Below are positions 10,801-17,415 of a DNA stretch of 50,381 nucleotides, in pieces. Source of the DNA: Verrucomicrobiota bacterium (GTDB taxonomy: Bacteria; Verrucomicrobiota; Verrucomicrobiia; Limisphaerales; CANJXF01). The notes beneath the pieces are model-generated. The model did no database searches, was not told where the DNA came from, and worked only from the letters and a program-made list of their open reading frames with translations. The DNA lies in contig JBBQRQ010000028.1 of the NCBI GenBank assembly GCA_038214755.1, positions 1-50,381 on the forward strand. The letters are read 5' to 3'. A program made the translations under genes and the position numbers. The first letter of the stretch is position 1, and every line of letters starts with the position of its first letter.

Positions 10801-12575
10801 TGTTTGCCGGAACGAACGCGATACGACCAGCCCGCTTCCCATCCCAGGTTCGGCCTGGCCCGCGCAATAAAAAGATGAACGGAGTATTCAGACTCGTTGG
10901 AAAAAATAACATCATCGTAACCGTCCTCGTTCAGGTCAACGAATCGCAATCCGTTATCTTCGCCAGCCGAATTAACAATCGATGTCCCTGCCGGTAACGC
11001 GAAGGAAAGTTTCTTCCAGGATTTCTCTGCGTCCGACCAACTGAAAATTGCGTTTTGAGTTTCGTTGCCGACGAGTAGTTCGCAACGCCCGTCATTGTCC
11101 ACGTCGCACAAACGCACTCCCGCATCACGGCCATTTTGAGTGGTGAAAATCGGCTGGGCTTTCACATTTAATCCCGCAAAAAATCCCGCGTCCTCTTTCC
11201 ACTGCTGCCCGTCAAAATGCCACGCGCCTTTGGATTTCTCGTCCCGATAAAATGCGGTTACCAAATGATTTGTCTGAACGATGCCGCATTTTACGCCGCG
11301 ATCTCGCGTGTTCCCGGTTGGATCGCGAGAGACGAGCGCGATGGGAAAACCCGTTTCGCTCCAACGATTTTCCGAAGGATTCCAGAGGCGCGTTTTGCGA
11401 ACTTGTTCGTTGCCGATGACGACATCCATAAAGCCATCATTGTTTAGATCGAGCAGCCGCACACCGTTGTCCTCGCCTTTCGCGGCGCGCAACGGCTGGC
11501 CGGAGAGCAGATTTTTATCGAGCCGTTCCTGCGCTTCGCGAAACGTGAGGAACTTGATTTTGTCGCCGTATTTTTTTTGCGCGTAGTCAATCAAGTCAAT
11601 CATTTGCTCCGCGCGGATCCAACCATGCGGATGAAAAACCATGGTGAACACGCCTTGCTTGATCATAGTGTTGTCAATCCCCGCTTTCCAATCGGCGATG
11701 GTTGTCTCGTTGGTTGATCCGTGAAAATTGTGGGCTTCCCAATCACTCGGCGCCGCGCAGGGGAATTCCCAGCAAAGTTTTCCAATCACATACGGGTAGG
11801 GATAATTTTCAATCGTGGTGGCGAATGCTTCCAGGCTAATGCGCGTTGTGGCGTTGGTCTGGCTCGGAAAATATTTGCGAAATCGCGCGCGTCCATTTGC
11901 GTCCGTGGTGAGGTCGCGCGGAAGCTTGGCGTCGTTTGTTGTAAAAATGTTCATCACGGACGTGTCAATGGTTAGAAAATTTCCGTCGGGACTGGGGCGG
12001 TTGAAAATTTCCGCATAAAAACGCGGGCTGGGACTGTTCATCGAATCGCAACACGGCATGCGAAAGGCGACTGGTTTGTTGCCCGGAATTTTGTTCATCA
12101 AATCAATGCCGGAAAAATAAGTTTCTGCAGCGGAATTAAAGTCGCCATCAGCGAGAAGCGGACAAGGATGTTTGATCGTATGAACTTCCAACGAGAGACC
12201 TTCCTTCAACCAGATTTGCGCCAGTGGATCATTTGCCGGGATGGCTTCCGTCATGATCGAAACCGGCGCGCGTCCGTCAATTTTTTTTAACCGTTCGAGA
12301 ATGGGCCGGAGAAAAATTTCGTAACGTTTTGTCTCCAGCATGTCGTCCACGGCGAGGATCACCACCGCCTGCACATTTGATTCGCCAATCCATTGCGGAG
12401 TTACAAGGGCGGGAAACTGGGCGTCGGGGTAAAACGGGTTCTTTTCATCGAGATAAGAAAGTCGATTTCCGGTGGATAAACGGAAATTTGCATTTGGGTT
12501 CTGTGCGACCGCGTTTGAAGCCAAGATACCCGCGGCAATGAAACTCCAGCCGAGCGTTGGTGATAAATTTTTCAT
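7806..12575 (-). CDS. Large PVC-type heme-binding (CxxCH) dehydrogenase-like protein with an N-terminal polysaccharide-deacetylase-like domain, FG-GAP/VCBS repeats and HEAT repeats
   Basis: 'VILAVDDM' and 'EVHTIKHPCP' (NodB-like); 'DLNNDGFMDVV', 'DVDNDGRCELL', 'DLNEDGYDDVI'; 'LVASEPLVVDPVHFDWGADGKLWVVEMRDYP'; 'DNWFRPT'; 'CATCHQ'; 'SLMPEGFE'. Confidence 0.85.
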   Translation of the reverse strand: MKNLSPTLGWSFIAAGILASNAVAQNPNANFRLSTGNRLSYLDEKNPFYPDAQFPALVTPQWIGESNVQAVVILAVDDMLETKRYEIFLRPILERLKKIDGRAPVSIMTEAIPANDPLAQIWLKEGLSLEVHTIKHPCPLLADGDFNSAAETYFSGIDLMNKIPGNKPVAFRMPCCDSMNSPSPRFYAEIFNRPSPDGNFLTIDTSVMNIFTTNDAKLPRDLTTDANGRARFRKYFPSQTNATTRISLEAFATTIENYPYPYVIGKLCWEFPCAAPSDWEAHNFHGSTNETTIADWKAGIDNTMIKQGVFTMVFHPHGWIRAEQMIDLIDYAQKKYGDKIKFLTFREAQERLDKNLLSGQPLRAAKGEDNGVRLLDLNNDGFMDVVIGNEQVRKTRLWNPSENRWSETGFPIALVSRDPTGNTRDRGVKCGIVQTNHLVTAFYRDEKSKGAWHFDGQQWKEDAGFFAGLNVKAQPIFTTQNGRDAGVRLCDVDNDGRCELLVGNETQNAIFSWSDAEKSWKKLSFALPAGTSIVNSAGEDNGLRFVDLNEDGYDDVIFSNESEYSVHLFIARARPNLGWEAGWSYRVRSGKHGEPGGLPAFVRSGPHRDNGAWFHAKQLFVQNEYTSNLPARVERQSFKEILSGAEAKPKSPAEALSSFRVAPGFKIELVASEPLVVDPVHFDWGADGKLWVVEMRDYPLGLDGKGKPGGVVRFLEDTNGDGQYDKSTVFLENLNFPNSIMPWSKGVLICAAPDIIYAEDTNSDGKADVRKVLFSGFAEINQQHRFNGFQLGLDNWIYAAADGGGKIHSALTGKTTEIVGHDVRFRPDTGEMEPVAGTTQYGRRRDDWGNWFGNHNGIWIWHFIYEDRYLARNPFLGVKDSRNILPHSPDPNRVFSVSRPQQRFNWPDRIFQVTSACSVTPYRDELFGPDFTTSAFVSEPANNAVHREVLEQDGPTFISHRAATEQTNEFLASTDNWFRPTMLKVGPDGALYIADMYRLVLEHPEYFPTELKNRPDLRAGDDKGRIYRVYPEGAQLRKIPRLDKLNTAELVAALDSPNGWQRDTIQRLLVQARDKAAITPLQQILSHSENPKARLQALSILSGLDALSEKDLLTAMNDSHFAVRRLAIQFAETLFGESPELDAKVLTMVDDDNIRVRYQLAFSLGESSEAAAARALSKLALKDWTNAPMQIAVMSSATHHVDEMLRSVFANSKTATPSPDLIEQLVFLATALSHDGILAETISHLGTPVNGTRFSQWQISGTLGFLDALERRKLSLAKFQEQADFKLNNSIAQLDAIFVQARETADNSSAAEADRLLAVRLLGRRTNENDLEHLGKLLGPQNSPALQHAALQSIVTGGRKGAAEILMANLKTYGLSLRQEILNSLLGRSEWSESVLAGIETGKIASGDVSLAQRQKLLSHSKAEIRERAEKIFSAVNSDRAKIIENYKSVAALRGDIAKGHALFLQTCATCHQLNGEGHPVGPNLGTMADKTVQSIVVALLDPNQAVDPTFAAYSIVTKDERELSGVIAAETPTSISLKIPGGSEEVVLRNNIKGLNRLSRSLMPEGFETALKPQDMADLISYVLNARR

Positions 12576-12629
12576 TAAGTTTGTGTCGAAAATCAAAACC
12601 GGCTGGCCCGCGCAAAGCAACGTCGTTCC

Positions 12630-12660
12630 AAAAAAAGAAGGAGAGCCCAAGCTCTCCTCC
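12630..12660 (-). terminator. Rho-independent terminator after the minus-strand secreted-protein gene
   Basis: Minus strand reads GGAGGAGAGC-TTGG-GCTCTCCTTC followed by TTTTTTT, 25 nt after the stop at 12686. Confidence 0.7.
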
Positions 12661-12685
12661 CACTGCAAAATTTTCTAGGAAACGG

Positions 12686-14689
12686 TCACGGCAAACGGAT
12701 GCGGTAGAATTTGGTGGAGGAAACCGGCTTCGCAAATTCCGCCGTCAGCTTTCCACAGTCCCCACCAAAGGTGACACCGGTGACGGGAGTCCAGATTGGA
12801 TTGGTCAGGGTGTCGGTCTGACTGATTTCGTGAGTGGCATTGGTGGACGGGGTGGTAAAGGTCAACCGGATGGTCGCGCCCAGGTTCTCGACTTTGGAAA
12901 TTTTAAGCAAGTCCAGCGGAGCCGTGTAAATCACGTCGTCGATGTAGAGTTGCGTTGCGTCATTCGTATTGATGGTCGAGTTTCTCGTTTGAACAATTCC
13001 GAAAGCGTTAAAGGAAGTGTTTATCTGCCGCTGGGCCAAAGAGAGCGTGTTGGTAAGGCTGATCGTTCCGCCGGACCCATCATCGATCGTGACGACGAGA
13101 CGGCCCGATGGATCATAAACGTAATTCCAATTGTACACCTGGCTGGTTAGAACAAGGCGAAAAATCGTCGCGCTGTATTGTACTGCTCCACTTCCTAACT
13201 GGAAAACCGCCCGCACTCGGGCGCCGGGAGGGGTGGCGCTTGGTTCGGCAATGGAGATACCAATAAAATTGGTGTTTGCACTGGTGGGTGTGGCCAGAAT
13301 TTGCATATGGCCGATTCTTACTTCATTGTCGAAGGGAAGGACGGGCACAATGATTTTTCCGCTCGCTGAGATGTTGTCGTTCAGAGTCAAAGCGCCGGGG
13401 AAAATATCGGCGTAATAGGCACCATTCGTTTTACGAGTGAACAGGCCGCCCGCCTCGCCGATGTTCGCGCCACCGGCGAGCTGCGAGTTGGTGAAACCGA
13501 AATTAAAACCATTGCTGCGGCTCAAGAATTCCACCCAGCCATCACAAGCAGCCAATGCCGCCGTGTCGAAAGTTTCTAAATTGGTGATGGTCGTCTGTGC
13601 TGCCGCAGTGACGGAAATTTCGACATTGGCATCAACGCAAACCCCGTTGGTATTCGACAGAGTAAAAACGGTGCTGCCCAAGCCGCGCCCCACCACTGTG
13701 AAGTTCATGTTCGTCGTTCCGCCGGTTGCAAAGAGCAAAGTGAGTTTGCCATTCGCGTCCGCACCCGCCGGAAGAGCGACATTGGTATTGAGACTGGTCA
13801 CAACCACAGAGAGGGCATTGGTGAGATTGGCCGTAGTGGGAATCGTGACGCTCACGTTTTGATTGGAGCTTCCGACAGCGGTAATTAATTGGGAAGGAGA
13901 GGGCGTCACACAAGTTATGACCGGGCCAGCGTAATACTGGACGTTATCGATAAAAAAAGTCGAAGTGTTGGTATCAAGCGACGGGGGGATGCCGCCTATG
14001 ACAATACCAAAACTGTCGAGGAACACATTTGTCGTCCTTTGCGCGGCGGTCAGGTTCACCGTGCGCGCGCCAAGTGAGAAGCCCCCGAGGTTATACATCG
14101 TCACCGTAAGTGATCCGTTGCCGGAATTGAGGGTGGGATCATAAACAAAACTAAATCTGCCGGCCGTATTCGTGCCGAGAGCGATGACTTGCGCCGTGGC
14201 AGTCTGGACCGCTGCGCCGTTCGTGAGATAGTAAGCCGCCCTGATGCGGAGTCCGTTGGCTCCAGGCTCCGCCACCGTTAAGCCCAGAGTATTTCTTCGA
14301 TTTGTGGCTCCAATATCAGCGCTATTATAGAAGCCGATCCCGATGGAAGCGCCCACAGGGGTAAAAGTCGGCGAAGCCCATTCTCCATCGGCGCGAAAGG
14401 AATCGCTCAAGGAAAAATTAGTTCCGAGAGAAACCCCATAGGATGAGGTGTTGGTAAAATGAATCATCGTGCCGCCCGCTTCTCCGCCCGGGGAGGACTG
14501 TGCGGTGAAATCTGAATTGGTGAATCCGTAAGTATTTCCGTTAAGGGTATTGCCGATGCCGGCCCATCCCGCAGCCGTTGTGCTCGCAGCAGTATCGAAC
14601 GTCTGCACCGTGGCAGCCTCAGCAAAGCTCGCCGGAAAAACCAATAACGCGGACGTAACCAGAACCTGAGTGATTGAAGGGAATTTCAT
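12686..14689 (-). CDS. Secreted T/S/N/G-rich protein with two copies of an uncharacterised beta-rich domain and a C-terminal Verrucomicrobia-type export domain
   Basis: Signal peptide MKFPSITQVLVTSALLVFPASFAEA; internal duplication (TFDTAA..GW..GFTNS..GEAGG twice); C-terminus 'STKFYRIRLP'. Confidence 0.8.
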   Translation of the reverse strand: MKFPSITQVLVTSALLVFPASFAEAATVQTFDTAASTTAAGWAGIGNTLNGNTYGFTNSDFTAQSSPGGEAGGTMIHFTNTSSYGVSLGTNFSLSDSFRADGEWASPTFTPVGASIGIGFYNSADIGATNRRNTLGLTVAEPGANGLRIRAAYYLTNGAAVQTATAQVIALGTNTAGRFSFVYDPTLNSGNGSLTVTMYNLGGFSLGARTVNLTAAQRTTNVFLDSFGIVIGGIPPSLDTNTSTFFIDNVQYYAGPVITCVTPSPSQLITAVGSSNQNVSVTIPTTANLTNALSVVVTSLNTNVALPAGADANGKLTLLFATGGTTNMNFTVVGRGLGSTVFTLSNTNGVCVDANVEISVTAAAQTTITNLETFDTAALAACDGWVEFLSRSNGFNFGFTNSQLAGGANIGEAGGLFTRKTNGAYYADIFPGALTLNDNISASGKIIVPVLPFDNEVRIGHMQILATPTSANTNFIGISIAEPSATPPGARVRAVFQLGSGAVQYSATIFRLVLTSQVYNWNYVYDPSGRLVVTIDDGSGGTISLTNTLSLAQRQINTSFNAFGIVQTRNSTINTNDATQLYIDDVIYTAPLDLLKISKVENLGATIRLTFTTPSTNATHEISQTDTLTNPIWTPVTGVTFGGDCGKLTAEFAKPVSSTKFYRIRLP

Positions 14690-14754
14690 ATTCGATATGT
14701 GTTTGTTTTTTGAACGAGTGGATTTCACGCGATATTATTCCCCAAGTTTGGGTT

Positions 14755-14793
14755 GGACATAGAAAAACAGATAAAAACCTTGCGAAAAATGCC
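14755..14793 (-). promoter_or_regulatory. Putative AraC-type operator, site 1
   Basis: GGCATTTTTCGCAAGGTTTTTATCTGTTTTTCTATGTCC (gene sense), ending about 66 nt before ATG 14689; matches four other upstream sites. Confidence 0.6.
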
Positions 14794-14841
14794 TCGTGTT
14801 TGGGCGGCGTCGTAGCTCGCGTCCCTGAGAGATTTTCTTTT

Positions 14842-15867
14842 TTATGGACGAGTGCCATTCCGCAAATGCTCTCGAAAACGGCTCGGACAAATCCCGGTTT
14901 GATTTCGGAAAAAATGGCTGAAATAAAACTCGCTGGAAAAATTAAGTTGTGCCGCGACATCTTTGATGGAAAGGCGTTGATCGGCCAGCAGCAGTCGCGC
15001 ATGATCCAGTCGCATTTTCTGAATGTGATGATGAAGAGTTCCCTGGCCGGAATTGCGAAACAAGGTTCGCAACAAAGAATAGCTGACTTTGGCCACCGTC
15101 CCCAATTCCTTCGTCTTCCAGTCTTTAAGGGGATTTGCCGCAATCGCATTCAAAACGCGGGCCATGGGAAGAGGCATCTCTGCGTGGGGTGATACCAAGA
15201 GATCGCGGGACATGAGCAGTTTTCCCAAGAGGTTTGTAATAATGACATGCACCTGCCACTCCCAACCCGAGGGATGCCTTTTAACCAGGCGAAGTAACTC
15301 GGATTGGGTTCGCCGCACGATCTCGAAATCTTTAATCACAAATTCGGATTGATGATTTCCGCCAATTTGCTCGTGCCAGAACTCCAGTCCGGGACCGCCG
15401 AAACGAAAGCCGGCTATCGTCAGGTTCCGGGTCGGCGCGGGGACGTAAGTGCGCGGCTTGCTCATGTCGATCAACCAGAGCCGGCGTCCCGGCTTCAAGG
15501 CGAAACGTCCCGTCTCGTGGCGCAACTCTCCCTCACCAGATCGAACCCAGAACAAATGTGCGCCCGGCTTTTCGAATGGTTCGTGATGGTCGGGGCAATC
15601 CAGTCGTCGTGTGCCGATGGAAAAAACATGCCAGAGCAATCGGCGGGCAATGGGAGAAGGCTCGACAAAGGTTAGTCTGTCCAATGATTTAGAGGCTGTT
15701 GGAAAAGTGGGGCAGGCATCCTGCCTGCCTTGCGGGCTTCCAGCCCTAGAAACTGGGGCAAGATGCCCCGGAGTGGCAGGCTGGAAGCCTGCCCCACTAT
15801 CAGGCAAGCCTGCTTCACCCGTGCCGCTCGCCGACTTTTCCAACCGCCTCTTAGATAATTTGCTCAT
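14842..15867 (-). CDS. AraC family transcriptional regulator carrying an in-frame MITE insertion near its N-terminus
   Basis: C-terminal HTH 'RLDHARLLL...SIKDVAAQLNFSSEFYFSHFFRNQTGICPSRFR'; cupin-like 'HLFWVRSGEGEL'. The start overlaps the stop of the upstream symporter. Confidence 0.9.
   Translation of the reverse strand: MSKLSKRRLEKSASGTGEAGLPDSGAGFQPATPGHLAPVSRAGSPQGRQDACPTFPTASKSLDRLTFVEPSPIARRLLWHVFSIGTRRLDCPDHHEPFEKPGAHLFWVRSGEGELRHETGRFALKPGRRLWLIDMSKPRTYVPAPTRNLTIAGFRFGGPGLEFWHEQIGGNHQSEFVIKDFEIVRRTQSELLRLVKRHPSGWEWQVHVIITNLLGKLLMSRDLLVSPHAEMPLPMARVLNAIAANPLKDWKTKELGTVAKVSYSLLRTLFRNSGQGTLHHHIQKMRLDHARLLLADQRLSIKDVAAQLNFSSEFYFSHFFRNQTGICPSRFREHLRNGTRP
15692..15850. mobile_element. 159-bp MITE-like element with IS5-like terminal inverted repeats enclosing a REP doublet; TTA target duplication
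   Basis: GAGGCTGTTGGAAAAGT (15692-15708) / ACTTTTCCAACCGCCTC (15834-15850), 16 of 17 matching; TTA on both sides (15689-15691 and 15851-15853); internal GTGGGGCAGGC...GCCTGCCCCAC. Confidence 0.75.
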
Positions 15868-17404
15868 GAATATCTTTTCTAGCGACTCCGCCATCGGACT
15901 CGTCTGCGACCGTTGGCAAAGCGCTTTTTCGAGTTATCCAGCTCACCCCATACCCCACGACGAATAGCACAATGTGATTGAAAATGCCGATGAGAAATGG
16001 ATGCCATTTATAATTGTACTCGCCCAAATCCAAAAGGACGCGGTGGATGGCTGGTAATTTTACAGAGGTCAGAGTCGCCCATGCCGTAAAAATAACACAG
16101 GCAATAATTCCTGCGATCGCCCCTTTGGCGGTTGCCTTTTTTGTGAGCGCACCCAAAGCAAATAGCCCGAGCATTCCGGCCGAGGCGATGGAAAAAAGCT
16201 GAACCGCGAATTCGAGGGCTGAACCAATGCCGATCCAGAGCTGCGATAATACAATCGAAAAAATTCCCAAAATAAAAACGGTTGTGCGTCCAACCCATAA
16301 TCGCGCGACGTCGGGGGATTTTGGTTTGATCCGACCATAAAAATCATCCACCACGACCGCGGCCATGCTGTTCAAATCGGAGTCGAGACTCGACATCGCC
16401 GCCGCGAGAAGCGCGGCCACTACCAGGCCGATCAACCCAATCGGGAGTTGAGTTTTTATGAAGTAAGGAACGATGTTGTCCTTCAGTACTGCGACGCTTG
16501 GAGGTAGAGCCGCGCCATCCAGTTGATAAAATGCCCAGAGACACGCACCAAATAAGATGAATAAAAACCAAATGGGCAGACACGCAATGGCTCCAAAAAA
16601 AGCGCTTCGTTTCGCATCTCGATCTGTTTTGGCCAAAAGATATTTTTGAACGATGTGCTGGTCCAATGCGTAACGCTGCACCGCCCACAGCCCCCCGCCG
16701 ATCAGAAAAAACCAAATGTTTTCGTGAACCAAACTGAAATGCCAGTCGCCTAACCCGAATTTGCCGCCTTCCCATGCGGTTTTAAGAACTAAGCCAGGGC
16801 CGCCTGCGGGTTTGAACAGCGCAATACCAAGACAGATAAGTCCTCCGGCAATCAGCAGAATGCCCTGGATGATGTCCGAGTAAACGACGGCGGCGATTCC
16901 TCCGACCAGCGTCATCGTCAAGGTGATGAAGCCAACGATTAGAATGACCCACCAAATTGGATATCCGGTGAGGTACGAAACGGGAACTGCGAGAAAATAA
17001 AGCGTGGCGCTCATATCGACTATCCGACTCACAATAAATGCCGCCGCCCCGTAGGCTCGCGCGGTATAGCTGAAACGCCGCTCCAGATAATCGTAAATGC
17101 TCATGCGGATTGTTTTGCGGTAGAACGCAACGACGTAGCGCGAGATAAAGAGCATCGCGATGGGAAGCAAAAAAAAAGAAGGGAGATTCCACATGTTCCG
17201 GGCAAAAACGTTCCCAGGATGACCGATGAAAGTAGTGCTGCTGATCATCGTCCCGATGATGGCGAAGCCAATCACCCATCCGGGAACATTTCGTCCCGCC
17301 AGAAAATAATCCTCAGTCGTTTTCTGATTTCGGGAAAAATGAAATCCCATTCCGAAAATAACCGCGAAATACACTCCGACGATGGCGGTATCAATGATTC
17401 CCAT
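15851..17404 (-). CDS. Sodium:solute symporter (SSS), similar to sialic-acid/sugar-acid transporters
   Basis: 'EDYFLAGRNVPGWVIG', 'SIYDYLERRF', 'DQHIVQKYL', 'AAAMSSLDSDLNS'; many transmembrane segments. Confidence 0.9.
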   Translation of the reverse strand: MGIIDTAIVGVYFAVIFGMGFHFSRNQKTTEDYFLAGRNVPGWVIGFAIIGTMISSTTFIGHPGNVFARNMWNLPSFFLLPIAMLFISRYVVAFYRKTIRMSIYDYLERRFSYTARAYGAAAFIVSRIVDMSATLYFLAVPVSYLTGYPIWWVILIVGFITLTMTLVGGIAAVVYSDIIQGILLIAGGLICLGIALFKPAGGPGLVLKTAWEGGKFGLGDWHFSLVHENIWFFLIGGGLWAVQRYALDQHIVQKYLLAKTDRDAKRSAFFGAIACLPIWFLFILFGACLWAFYQLDGAALPPSVAVLKDNIVPYFIKTQLPIGLIGLVVAALLAAAMSSLDSDLNSMAAVVVDDFYGRIKPKSPDVARLWVGRTTVFILGIFSIVLSQLWIGIGSALEFAVQLFSIASAGMLGLFALGALTKKATAKGAIAGIIACVIFTAWATLTSVKLPAIHRVLLDLGEYNYKWHPFLIGIFNHIVLFVVGYGVSWITRKSALPTVADESDGGVARKDIHEQII

Positions 17405-17415
17405 GGTGAGAAAAT

